Shown here: in pieces, positions 29,156 through 38,310 of the stretch
Layout of the letters: each line of letters begins with the position of its first letter
Position numbering within the stretch: position 1 is the first letter of the stretch
Assembly: GCA_963767005.1 (NCBI GenBank)
Contig: CAVYCN010000002.1
Location: 32,001 to 96,000 of the forward strand
Reading direction: 5' to 3'
DNA from: an uncultured Actinomycetes bacterium
GTDB lineage: Bacteria > Actinomycetota > Thermoleophilia > UBA2241
DNA length: 64,000 bases
Position numbers and translations under genes: made by a program
Notes under the pieces: generated by a model
Told to the model about the DNA's origin: nothing
Database searches by the model: none
What the model saw: the letters and a program-made list of their open reading frames with translations, nothing else

Positions 29156-29242
29156 CCGGCGCACCCGCCGCGCGCCGGCCGGGGGCCGTGGTGGGTATGC
29201 TACTATCGCCGCATCAGCAAGCAGAGGGAGAGTGACCTCGCC

Positions 29243-29551
29243 GTGAGCCACGTCCGACGTCTTGTCCTCGACGTCCTCAAACCCCACATGCCGACCATGC
29301 TCAACCTGGCCGACAAGCTCGGCGACCTCGAAGGCATCGCCGGCGTCGACATCACGCTCTTCGAGATCGACAACAAGGTCGAGAACATCAAGATTACCCT
29401 CGAGGGCAGCGACATCGACTACCAGGAGGTCGCCGAGGTCATCCAGGATTCCGGCGGCAGCATCCACTCCATCGACAAGGTGTCCACCGGCCGCCAGCTC
29501 ATCGACGAGGCCGAGACACCTCAGGACGCCGGCGCCCGCTGGATGCGGTGA
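29243..29551 (+). CDS. DUF211 family protein
   Basis: RRLVLDVLKPH..P, KITLEG, GGSIHSID motifs recognised from this family. Confidence 0.75.
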   Translation: MSHVRRLVLDVLKPHMPTMLNLADKLGDLEGIAGVDITLFEIDNKVENIKITLEGSDIDYQEVAEVIQDSGGSIHSIDKVSTGRQLIDEAETPQDAGARWMR

Positions 29552-29573
29552 CCGCCGCCTCGTCGCGTAGCAG

Positions 29574-30194
29574 GTGAGCCCCATGACGGCCTCCGGTCCG
29601 GCGGGCTGGCTGCGCCGCACGGTCGCCACCCTGCGCCACTACCACCACCTCGCCGAGGTGGGCGAGATCGCCCGCCGCTACTTCGCCATGAACGCCTTCG
29701 ACGGCGTGCTCACGACGCTCGGCGTGCTGGTCGGCAGCTCCATCGCCCACGTGCGCTCGGCCCACCAGGTCATCGCCGTCGGGCTGGGCGCAGCCGTGGC
29801 GATGGGCGTCTCGGGCTTCTACGGCTCGTACCTGATCGAGCGCGCCGAGCGCGACCGCTCGTTGCGCGAGCTCGAGGACGTCACCCTCTCGAGCCTAGAG
29901 GACTCCGATATCGCGGCGGCCTCGACCTATGCCACCATCGTCATCGCTCTGGTCGACGGCGTGTCGCCCTTCCTCGCCGCGCTGCTCGTGCTGCTGCCGT
30001 TCCTCGGCGGCTTCATGGGCATCCACGCCGCCTACGTGACCGGCGTCGCGATCGCCTTCGTCGAGCTCTTCCTGCTCGGGCTGTTCCTGGGCCGCGTGTC
30101 GCGCCAGCGTCTCGTGTGGTCGGGCGTCAAGCTCGCCGTGGCCGGCGTGCTGTGCATCGCCCTGAGCGCCCTGCTCGACTACGGCCTGCGGTGA
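29574..30194 (+). CDS. VIT1/CCC1-like (TIGR00267-type) membrane protein
   Basis: ARRYFAMNAFDGVLT, AMGVSG..G.YLIERAE, VDGVSP motifs. Confidence 0.75.
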   Translation: MSPMTASGPAGWLRRTVATLRHYHHLAEVGEIARRYFAMNAFDGVLTTLGVLVGSSIAHVRSAHQVIAVGLGAAVAMGVSGFYGSYLIERAERDRSLRELEDVTLSSLEDSDIAAASTYATIVIALVDGVSPFLAALLVLLPFLGGFMGIHAAYVTGVAIAFVELFLLGLFLGRVSRQRLVWSGVKLAVAGVLCIALSALLDYGLR

Positions 30195-30201
30195 GCCGCC
30201 G

Positions 30202-32541
30202 ATGAGCGGCACCGATCGCGAGGCGCGCGCGGCGCGCTCGGCCGTGGCCGAGGCGCTCCTGCGTGGCCTGAACGAGCCGCAGCGCGAGGCCGTCGAGCAT
30301 TTCGAGGGGCCGCTCCTCATCCTGGCCGGCGCCGGCTCGGGCAAGACGCGCGTGCTCGCCCACCGTGTCGCCTACCTCATCAAGGTGCGCCGCGTGCGTC
30401 CCGACGAGGTACTCGCCATCACCTTCACGAACAAGGCGGCGGGCGAGATGCGCGAGCGCATCGGCGCCCTGGTCGGCCCGATGGTGCGCGTCATGTGGGT
30501 GTCGACCTTCCACTCCATGTGCGCCCGCATCCTGCGGCGCGAGGCCGAACGGCTCGGCTACCGGCCGGGCTTTTCGATCTACGACGCGGACGACGCCAAG
30601 CGCCTGGTCAAGCGCTGCCTGGCCGAGCTCGACCTCGACGACAAGCGCTTCACGCCCGACGCCGTGGCCCGGGTCATCTCCGACGCCAAGAACCGCCTGC
30701 AGGACCCGGTCGCCTTCCGCGAGCAGCTCGGCCGCGGCCATTTCAACCGCGCGACGGCCGATGTCTACGAGCTCTACGAGAAGAAGCTCGTGGAGATGAG
30801 CGCCATGGACTTCGACGACCTGCTCATGAAGATGGTGAACCTGCTCGAGATCTGTCCCGACCGCCTCGAACACTATCGCCGCACGTTCCGCTTCATCACG
30901 GTCGACGAGTATCAGGACACGAACCACGCTCAGTACCGCATCGCCAACCTTCTGGCCGGCGAGCGCGGCAACCTGGCGGTCGTCGGCGACGACGACCAGT
31001 CGATCTACTCGTGGCGCGGCGCCGACATCCGCAACATCCTCGAGTTCGAGCGCGACCACCCCGACGCCAAGGTGATCCGCCTCGAGCAGAACTACCGCTC
31101 GACGACGAGCATCCTCGACGTGGCCAACGCCGTGGTGTCGAACAACCGCCGGCGCAAGGGCAAGCGGCTGTGGACCGCGCGCGGCACCGGCCGGCCGGTG
31201 CGCGTGGCCGAGGTCGCCGACGAGCACGCCGAGGCGCGTTTCGTGGCAAGCGAGGTGCGCCGCGTGCTCGACGAGGGCGTCGGGGGCGAGGGGCAGGGCG
31301 ACGCCCTGCCCCTCGCCCCGCGCGACATCGCCGTGCTCTACCGCACGAACGCCCAGTCGCGCGTGCTCGAGGAGGAGTTCGGGCGCTACGCGATCGCCTA
31401 CCAGGTCATCGGCGGCACCCGCTTCTACGAGCGCGCCGAGGTGAAGGACGCGCTCGCCTACCTCGCCGTGGTCGCCAACCCGGCCGACGAGCAGCGGTTG
31501 CTGCGCATCGTGAACACGCCGCGCCGCGGCCTGGGCCAGACGACGATGGCGCGCCTGCAGAACGAGGCCCTGACGACGGGAGAGACCCTGTGGAGCGTGA
31601 TCGAGCGCGCCGACGACGTGCCGGGGCTGACGGCGGCCGCGCAGGTCTCGCTCGCGTCGCTGCGCGCGCTGATCGACACCTGGCGCGCGCTCTCGCCGCA
31701 GCTCACCTCGGTGGCCGCCTTCGTGCGCCGCGTGCTCGACGAGAGCGGCTACTCGGCCATGCTCGCGGCTCAGAACACGCTCGAGGCCGAGGGTCGCGTC
31801 GAGAACCTCGAGGAGCTCGTCGGCGTGGCGGCCGAATACGACCAGCGCACCGAGGAGCGCACGCTCGACGGCTTTCTGCAGGAGATCTCGCTGTACTCCG
31901 ACGTCGACGCCATGGCCGACACCAGCGAGCTCATCACCTTCATGACGCTGCACAACGCCAAGGGCCTCGAGTTTCCCGTCGTGTTCATCACCGGCATGGA
32001 GGAGGGGGTGTTCCCGCACCAGCGTGCGCTCGACGAGCAGAACCTCGAGGAGGAGCGCCGCCTGGCGTACGTCGGCATCACCCGCGCCATGGACCGGCTC
32101 TACCTGCTCCACGCGCGCGCCCGCACCCTGTGGGGCGGCAGCATGTACGGCCTGCCCTCGCGCTTTCTGACCGAGATCCCTGCCGACCTCGTCGAGGTCA
32201 CTCGCGAGGCCGGGCCCGCCTACGGTGGCGGCTGGTCGGGCGGCGGCGCACGTCGCGGCCGGGAGCGGGGCGGCTGGAGCGACCGCGACGAGTGGCGTGA
32301 GCGCGACGACGAGGGCATCGCCGGTTCGGGACGGCGCATCACGGGCCTGGAGGACAGGTCGGCGGGCGCCGTGGTCGAGCAGTTCTTCGCGCCCGGCGAC
32401 CGGGTGCTGCACGCCACGCTCGGCGAGGGCACCGTGACGGCCGCCGAGGAGAGCGGCATCATCGTGGTGCGCTTCGAGAACGACGGCTCGGAGCGTCGGC
32501 TGATGGCGACCATCGCGCCGCTGCGCAAGCTGCGCGCCTGA
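30202..32541 (+). CDS. pcrA: ATP-dependent DNA helicase PcrA/UvrD
   Basis: AGAGSGKT, TFTNKAA, VDEYQD, GDDDQSIY, QNYRS, HNAKGLEF, EERRLAYVGITRA, C-terminal Tudor-like domain. Confidence 0.95.
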   Translation: MSGTDREARAARSAVAEALLRGLNEPQREAVEHFEGPLLILAGAGSGKTRVLAHRVAYLIKVRRVRPDEVLAITFTNKAAGEMRERIGALVGPMVRVMWVSTFHSMCARILRREAERLGYRPGFSIYDADDAKRLVKRCLAELDLDDKRFTPDAVARVISDAKNRLQDPVAFREQLGRGHFNRATADVYELYEKKLVEMSAMDFDDLLMKMVNLLEICPDRLEHYRRTFRFITVDEYQDTNHAQYRIANLLAGERGNLAVVGDDDQSIYSWRGADIRNILEFERDHPDAKVIRLEQNYRSTTSILDVANAVVSNNRRRKGKRLWTARGTGRPVRVAEVADEHAEARFVASEVRRVLDEGVGGEGQGDALPLAPRDIAVLYRTNAQSRVLEEEFGRYAIAYQVIGGTRFYERAEVKDALAYLAVVANPADEQRLLRIVNTPRRGLGQTTMARLQNEALTTGETLWSVIERADDVPGLTAAAQVSLASLRALIDTWRALSPQLTSVAAFVRRVLDESGYSAMLAAQNTLEAEGRVENLEELVGVAAEYDQRTEERTLDGFLQEISLYSDVDAMADTSELITFMTLHNAKGLEFPVVFITGMEEGVFPHQRALDEQNLEEERRLAYVGITRAMDRLYLLHARARTLWGGSMYGLPSRFLTEIPADLVEVTREAGPAYGGGWSGGGARRGRERGGWSDRDEWRERDDEGIAGSGRRITGLEDRSAGAVVEQFFAPGDRVLHATLGEGTVTAAEESGIIVVRFENDGSERRLMATIAPLRKLRA

Positions 32542-32576
32542 CCGAGAGCCGCAGCCGCGCGGCGTTTCGGCGCGCG

Positions 32577-33203
32577 TCAGGGGCCGCTGCCGGCGTCGTA
32601 GACCAGCCAGCGTCCGCCGGCGTGCCGCAGGCACATGAAGACCAGGGTCTCGCCGTCGTTCCAAGCCGACACTGAGCTCGGCCGGATGTCGATCGTCATG
32701 GTGAACTCGAGCGTGGTGAGCGCCGGCGGCGCGGGGTCGACCTGACGCACGTACGACACGACGCGCGCGCGCTCGATGCCGAAATAGGCGGCGGCGCGGC
32801 CGCCGCGGACGGCGGCGGCGCAGGTGGAGTCGGACGTGACCACCGCGAGCAGCCCGGCGTAGCGGTGCTCGTCGATCAGCCGCCAGTAGCGCGTCGCCGC
32901 GCGCAGCGCACCGGCGGGGACGGGGCCCGACGTGACGACGGCGCCGGGCGCGGGCGCGGTGGCGCCGGCGCCGGGCGCGCCGGGCGACGTGACGCCCGGC
33001 GTGGGGGAGGCGACCACGAGGTTCGCCGGCGAGCCGCAGGCGGCGAGCCACGTGGCGGGGGCGCAGGCTGCGAGGGCGGCCGCCGCAACGACGGCCGCCG
33101 CGAGCGCGACGCTGGCGACGCCGGCGCCGCGTGCGCGGCGCCGGCGCGTAAGCACGGCGCCGCGGCCGCGGTACGGCGCCGGTGCTGGAGATGCCTTGCT
33201 CAT
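32577..33203 (-). CDS. Putative lipoprotein, DUF4829-like
   Basis: LAAC lipobox-like motifs, Pro/Ala linker, C-terminal WNDGETLVFMCLR..GGRWLV. GGAGG RBS. Confidence 0.55.
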   Translation of the reverse strand: MSKASPAPAPYRGRGAVLTRRRRARGAGVASVALAAAVVAAAALAACAPATWLAACGSPANLVVASPTPGVTSPGAPGAGATAPAPGAVVTSGPVPAGALRAATRYWRLIDEHRYAGLLAVVTSDSTCAAAVRGGRAAAYFGIERARVVSYVRQVDPAPPALTTLEFTMTIDIRPSSVSAWNDGETLVFMCLRHAGGRWLVYDAGSGP

Positions 33204-33380
33204 GCGGTCCTCCCGGGGACGGTCGGGCGATGCGCCAAACCCCACCACAGCGGCCCCGCGCTGTACAGGATGACAATGTCCGGCCCGCGCGCTTGCTGCG
33301 CGTCCTGCGCCGCAGAATGTTCGATTGTGTTGGCCGCTGTGAGCGGAAAGCGTGCGGCGCTCGTCGTCGAGCTGGGAGAC

Positions 33381-33429
33381 AAACGAAAATAAATGCACGA
33401 TTGACCACACATTCGCGCAGGGCTACAAT
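33381..33429 (+). promoter_or_regulatory. Strong sigma-A promoter with UP-like A-tract
   Basis: AAACGAAAATAAAT (33381-33394), TTGACC (33401-33406)-N17-TACAAT (33424-33429). Confidence 0.8.
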
Positions 33430-33435
33430 GTGGGT

Positions 33436-33745
33436 CGTCGAGCACGCTTGGCTGTCGGCCCCGTCGCGGTGAGCGCGGGACGATCGAAGCGCGCGAGCGG
33501 CGGACGCGAGTGGGATGTACTCGTACGACGCGGTTGCTTGCAGGATCTGTGCGAGCAGGATGTTCACGCGTCCGCCGAGCGCGATCGTCGCCCGGGACCA
33601 CCCGGGACTGCGGCGCGCCGACGCGAAAGAGTCCGCGGCAAGACTCGTTCTCCCCCCGAACGAGCCGAGCCCCCCTCGGGCCGCGGATGTCACGAGGGCC
33701 GGGGCCGGAGGCGCACCAGCGCCGACCCCCCGGCCCTCGTCTTGT
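33436..33745 (+). ncRNA. Putative ~310-nt structured RNA: Ms1/6S-like long hairpin domain plus 6C-like double C-loop domain
   Basis: Nested helices 33454-59/33617-22, 33462-70/33607-15, 33479-86/33582-89, 33498-508/33567-77, 33535-42/33550-57. Junction 33632-39/33680-87 encloses two C-rich-loop hairpins. Own promoter and terminator. Confidence 0.7.
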
Positions 33746-33746
33746 T
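33692..33746 (+). terminator. Intrinsic terminator-like hairpin
   Basis: ACGAGGGCCGGGG (33692-704) / CCCCGGCCCTCGT (33728-740), followed by CTTGTT. Confidence 0.7.
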
Positions 33747-33867
33747 CCACGATCCCAGCGCCGGCGCCCGGCCCGCGGCGTAGTAGAGTTGCGCTGCGCC
33801 CACCCCGGGCCACGCGCGTGGGCCACTCCGTCGCCCGCACGCCGCAAACGACCAGGAGGGTCCGTTC

Positions 33868-34644
33868 ATGGCAGTCGAGGTCAGTCGCGACGGCGCCGTC
33901 GCCGTCGTCACGGTCGCTCGTCCCGAGGTGCTGAACGCGCTGAACTCGGCGACCAACGAGGAGCTGCTGCGCGTCGCCGGCGACCTCGGCCGCGACCACG
34001 AGGTCCGCGCCGTCGTTCTGACCGGCGCCGGCGACAAGGCCTTCGTGGCCGGCGCCGACATCAAGGAGTTCCGCGGCATGAGCCCCGAGGAGGCGCGCCA
34101 GTCGTCGTGGCTCGGGCGCCAGGCGATGGCCGCGATCGGGGCCGCCCCGCAGCCCTGGATCGCCGCCGTCAACGGCTTCGCCCTGGGCGGCGGCTGCGAG
34201 CTCGCCCTCGCCTGCGACATCCGCTTCGCCGCCGAGAACGCCCGCTTCGGGCAGCCCGAGGTCACCCTCGGCATCACGCCGGGCTGGGGCGGCACCCAGC
34301 GTCTGCCGCGCGAGGTCGGCAACGGCTGGGCCTCGTACCTGTGCCTGAGCGGCCGCCTGATCGACGCGGCTGAGGCGCTGCGCATCGGCCTCGTGCAGCG
34401 CGTGGTCGCGCGCGACGAGCTCATGCCGGCGGCGCTCGAGCTGGCCGCCGAGATCGCCGCGCGGCCGCCGCTCGCCGTGCGCTACATCAAGTCGCAGATC
34501 CACTACGCCCTGAGCGTCGACATCGAGGCCGGTCACGAGATCGAGCGCGACCTCTTCGCCCTGACGTTCGCCAGCGAGGATCGCGCCGAGGGCATGGACG
34601 CCTTCCTCGAGAAGCGCGCGCCGCGCGGGTTCGAAGGCCGTTAG
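33868..34644 (+). CDS. Enoyl-CoA hydratase (crotonase family)
   Basis: AFVAGADI, NGFALGGGCELALACD, FGQPE, PGWGGTQRL. AGGAGG RBS. Confidence 0.92.
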   Translation: MAVEVSRDGAVAVVTVARPEVLNALNSATNEELLRVAGDLGRDHEVRAVVLTGAGDKAFVAGADIKEFRGMSPEEARQSSWLGRQAMAAIGAAPQPWIAAVNGFALGGGCELALACDIRFAAENARFGQPEVTLGITPGWGGTQRLPREVGNGWASYLCLSGRLIDAAEALRIGLVQRVVARDELMPAALELAAEIAARPPLAVRYIKSQIHYALSVDIEAGHEIERDLFALTFASEDRAEGMDAFLEKRAPRGFEGR

Positions 34645-34723
34645 GCCGTCGAGCGACTGCGTCGTCGCCGCTCGGTCAGGCGTCAGGTCGTCGTCGCTCA
34701 GTCAAACGTGACGGTGTCGCCGC

Positions 34724-35638
34724 TCAGGCGCCCGTCGCCCGCCGCAGGCGGCGCAGGACCTCGGCGATGCCGGGCGTCGCGGCGACCCAGACGTCGGCCT
34801 CGTCTCTCACCTGGGGCGGCGTCTCGTCGGTGAGGGCGGCGACGGCCAGGCCGCGGCGTCCCTCGCGCGCGCGCGCCCAGTCGTGCACGGCGCCGAAGCC
34901 GTGGCAGTCGGTCAGGTCGTCGCCGAGGAACAGCGCCACGCCGACCGGGCGGCCCGAGCTTTCGGTGCCCGCCAGGAGCGACAGCACGGCGGTGCCCTTG
35001 TCGACGGGCTCGGGCGGGCGCAGCTCCACGAGGCGGTGGCCGGTCGTTACCGCGAGACCGAGCTCGCGCGCCGGCGCGAGGATCCGCTCCTCGAGGACGG
35101 CGAGCGTGGCCGCGGGATCGGACGCGCGGCGATAGTGGAGGTCGAGCACCGGCCCCTTGTTCTCGACGACGAGGCCGAGGCGCGCGGCGTCGAGCTCGCC
35201 CAGGCGGCCGGCCATGAGCTGCACCGCGTCGACGTAGGGCTCGGCCGACGGGTCGCGCGCGATGGTGCCGTCGGCGGAGAGGACGTCGAAGCCGTGCAGG
35301 CCCACGTAGGCGGCCCCGTCGACGTCGACCATGGCGCGCGCCTGGCGTACGTCGCGCCCGGTGACGAAGGCGAGCAGCGCCAGTCGTGGCACGAGCGCGG
35401 CCAGCGTCGCGCGGAACGCCGCCGGCACCACGGCCGCGTAGGGATCGGCGACGATGGGGGAGACGGTGCCGTCGACGTCGCAGAAGAGGGCCGTCGCGCG
35501 TGGCGTGAGGGCGACGGCGTCGAGCGCGGCGGCGAGTGCCTCGCCGCCGCACAGGATCGCGCCGTCGCCCCCGCGCCGCGCGTCTCGGCCGCGGCGCGGG
35601 CCGTCGGCCTGCTGCGCGTCGCCGCCCCGCCCGTCCAT
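34724..35638 (-). CDS. otsB: Trehalose-6-phosphate phosphatase
   Basis: DVDGTVSPIV, VTGR, GLHG, ENKG, LHYR, ELRP..DKG, GDDLTD. Confidence 0.88.
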   Translation of the reverse strand: MDGRGGDAQQADGPRRGRDARRGGDGAILCGGEALAAALDAVALTPRATALFCDVDGTVSPIVADPYAAVVPAAFRATLAALVPRLALLAFVTGRDVRQARAMVDVDGAAYVGLHGFDVLSADGTIARDPSAEPYVDAVQLMAGRLGELDAARLGLVVENKGPVLDLHYRRASDPAATLAVLEERILAPARELGLAVTTGHRLVELRPPEPVDKGTAVLSLLAGTESSGRPVGVALFLGDDLTDCHGFGAVHDWARAREGRRGLAVAALTDETPPQVRDEADVWVAATPGIAEVLRRLRRATGA

Positions 35639-35756
35639 GCATCCAGCCTACCCGAACCGGCGGCGCTCGTCGCGGGCGCCGCCCGTCACCGGGGTTTGTC
35701 TTGCCTTTCGGGCATGGAGTAAGGTTCTCGCGTTGGCGGCGATAGCCGGGGGAGGC

Positions 35757-36479
35757 ATGGCGGACACGACAGGTTCGGACGCAAGCGGGTCGACGGCGCC
35801 GCGTGGCGCCGGGTCGGCCGACAACCTGCGGCAGGGCCAGGGGGCCGACCCCTATCTCAAGTCCATGCTCCTCGGCCTGATCGAGGACAGCTACCTGCAC
35901 ACCGGCAGCTTCACGCAGTTCGCCGCCGAGATCCTCCAGGTGATCGCCTACGCGGCGACCGTGCCGGTGGCCTTCACCGAGGGCTTCCTGCGGGCCTACC
36001 TGTCGATCGACCGCATCGAGGAGACCTCCGAGGGCCGCATCAAGATCGTCCCCAAGGCGGGCGCGAGCGAAGAGGACTGGATCAGGGACGTCGACGAGAT
36101 CACCGCCCAGGTCGATCCGAGCGCCGTGTTCAACCCGGTCGTGCGGTCCAAGCTGACCGCGGTGCACGAGGCCTCGAGCAAGGTCATGAAGTACGACCTG
36201 AACACGCTGACGAGCATGGACGACGACCAGCTCATGGACGTGCTGCGCCAGATGCAGCACGAATCCGAGGAGCTCGAAAAGCAGGAGCCCGAGGCGGCCA
36301 CGACCGACTCGTCGCGCGACTACATCAGGGCGCGGCTCGACACCATCCGTAGGAACGTCCGCGCCTTCCAGGCGCAGCAGCGCGCCAAGTCGGGCGCGGG
36401 CGACGGGCCCGGCGAGCCCGGCCCGGCGGACGCAGGCAAGGTCGGCGACGGGCCGGGCGCCGACGGCACACCCTCGTAG
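35757..36479 (+). CDS. Hypothetical protein (240 aa)
   Basis: GGAGG RBS and coding-like GC3 bias. No family recognised. Confidence 0.7.
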   Translation: MADTTGSDASGSTAPRGAGSADNLRQGQGADPYLKSMLLGLIEDSYLHTGSFTQFAAEILQVIAYAATVPVAFTEGFLRAYLSIDRIEETSEGRIKIVPKAGASEEDWIRDVDEITAQVDPSAVFNPVVRSKLTAVHEASSKVMKYDLNTLTSMDDDQLMDVLRQMQHESEELEKQEPEAATTDSSRDYIRARLDTIRRNVRAFQAQQRAKSGAGDGPGEPGPADAGKVGDGPGADGTPS

Positions 36480-36544
36480 CGGTCGGGGCCGACGGGAGGG
36501 CACGCGCGCCCTCCGCCGCGGCCGACCGGGACAGGCGGGTGAGA

Positions 36545-37459
36545 GTGGAGAGGTTCTCCGACAGGCTGGCCGCGAGCATCCTGCGCCGGCGTAGCGTGGT
36601 CTGCGTCGGCATCGACCCCGACCTCGCGCGGCTGCCCGACGACCTGCGTGCCGCCTGGGCGGCCCGCGTCGGCGAGCTCGGCGAGGCGGGCGCGGCGGCG
36701 GCCTGCTGCGCCGACTTCGCGACCGGCCTGATCGACGCGGTCGCCGAGCTGGCCGCCTGCGTCAAGCCGCAGGCCGCTTTCTTCGAACAGTACGGGGCGC
36801 CCGGCTGGGAGGCCCTGCGCCGCGTCGTGGCCTGCGCCCACGAGCACGACCTGCCGGTCATCCTGGACGTGAAGCGCGCCGACATCGGCTCGACCTCGAC
36901 CGCCTACGCGGCCGCCTGCTTCGGCGGGGCGCCGTCGCTGGCCGGCGCGCCGCTGCCCGGCCTCGACGCCGACGCCGTAACCGTCAATCCGTACCTCGGG
37001 GCCGACGGCCTCACGCCGTTCGTCGAGCGCTGTGACGAGGGTCGCGGAGTGTTCGTGCTGACGCGCACGAGCAACCCCGGCGGCGTCGAGCTGCAGGAGC
37101 GCGACTGCGAGGGGCGGCCGCTCTACCTGCGGGTGGCCGACATGATCGCCCGTCTCGGCGCCGCGCGGCTCGGCGCGCACGGGTACAGCGACGTCGGCGC
37201 GGTGGCCGGCGCCACCGCGCCGGAGCCGCTTGCCGCCGTGCGCGCGGCTTTGCCGCACGCCTTTCTGCTCGTCCCCGGGTTCGGGGCACAGGGCGCCGGG
37301 CCCGAAGCGCTGGCCGGCCTCGCGTCGGGCGAGGCGGCCGGTTTCGTGGTGAATGCGTCACGGTCGATCATCTACGCGTGGCGGGAGCGCGGCGGCGACT
37401 ATCGCAGCGCCGCCGCCGCGGCGGCGGCCGAGATGCGTGACGCGATCGGGGGGCTCTGA
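36545..37459 (+). CDS. pyrF: Orotidine-5'-phosphate decarboxylase (subfamily 2)
   Basis: CVGIDP, KPQAAFFE, DVKRADIGST, NPYLG, RTSNPG, PGFGAQG, NASRSI. Confidence 0.93.
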   Translation: MERFSDRLAASILRRRSVVCVGIDPDLARLPDDLRAAWAARVGELGEAGAAAACCADFATGLIDAVAELAACVKPQAAFFEQYGAPGWEALRRVVACAHEHDLPVILDVKRADIGSTSTAYAAACFGGAPSLAGAPLPGLDADAVTVNPYLGADGLTPFVERCDEGRGVFVLTRTSNPGGVELQERDCEGRPLYLRVADMIARLGAARLGAHGYSDVGAVAGATAPEPLAAVRAALPHAFLLVPGFGAQGAGPEALAGLASGEAAGFVVNASRSIIYAWRERGGDYRSAAAAAAAEMRDAIGGL

Positions 37460-38100
37460 TGAACGACGAGACGAACGGACGGGACCGGCACGACCCCGAG
37501 GCGACGGGCCCGCTCTGGCCGCTGCCCGACGATCCCGCGGCCGACGACGACCGCACACGGCGGGCGCGCGGCGTTCCGTCCGCGGAGGAACTCACGGCGG
37601 TCGGCGCCGCTCGCGGTCGGGCGCCCGACGGCGCCGAGACGGTCGTGCTGTCGCAGCAATCGACTCGCCGCGCGACCGCCGAGCCCACGCGCGTGGCCGC
37701 CGACGGCGCTCGCGACTGGCTCGACGAGACTCGGATCGATGCGCCGCCGCCGGTGGCGCCCAGGCGGCGCGCCGGGCGCCCGCGGGCGCCGCGCCGCGGT
37801 CCGGCCTGGCCGCGCATCCTGGCGCCGGTCGTGCTCCTGGTCGCCGTGCTCGCCGTCGTCACGATCGGCGTGCACACCGGCATGCTCGGTCACAAGCCGG
37901 CGAGCAGCCCTTCGCCGACCACCGTCGCCACCCACAAGGCCGCGTCGAAGTACGTCTACTACCACGTGCGCAAGGGCGACACGGTCTCGACGATCGCCGC
38001 CAAGTACGGCATCTCCGTCGAGCGGCTCATGACCCTCAATCCCAAGGCCTCGACCACGATCGTCGTGGGCCAACGGCTGAAGGTGCCCAGGCTGCAGTGA
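37459..38100 (+). CDS. Membrane-anchored LysM-domain protein
   Basis: Single TM helix, then YHVRKGDTVSTIA...LN...VGQRLKVP. Confidence 0.85.
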   Translation: MNDETNGRDRHDPEATGPLWPLPDDPAADDDRTRRARGVPSAEELTAVGAARGRAPDGAETVVLSQQSTRRATAEPTRVAADGARDWLDETRIDAPPPVAPRRRAGRPRAPRRGPAWPRILAPVVLLVAVLAVVTIGVHTGMLGHKPASSPSPTTVATHKAASKYVYYHVRKGDTVSTIAAKYGISVERLMTLNPKASTTIVVGQRLKVPRLQ

Positions 38101-38310
38101 CCGGCTGACGGCGCGCCTCGCGCCGCGGTCTCACCCGTTTGAGCGGCCGCGCGCCCGCGGCCTTCACCCGCCCGAGCACGGCACGCACGGCCGGCACTGG
38201 CCGCGCGTCACGCCGTCACGCGACGCCTGCTCATCGGCGTCCCCGACGACCTCGTTTCCATCCGTTGCCGACCCGCCGCTGCGCGTGCATCGCGGCGGAT
38301 CGACGTCGCG

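Noticed and set aside
33309-33324. Possible LexA SOS box
   Set aside because: Only the GTTCGA half-site matches TCGAAC-N4-GTTCGA.
33515-33934. 139-aa ORF with CxxC overlapping the candidate ncRNA
   Set aside because: Weak RBS, runs through the terminator and overlaps the crotonase start. RNA structure explains the region better, though a short peptide is not excluded.
30127-34536. Very long antisense or alternate-frame ORFs (e.g. 1469 aa here, 1224 aa at 39755-43429)
   Set aside because: Shadow ORFs expected at this GC content, lying opposite well-supported genes.
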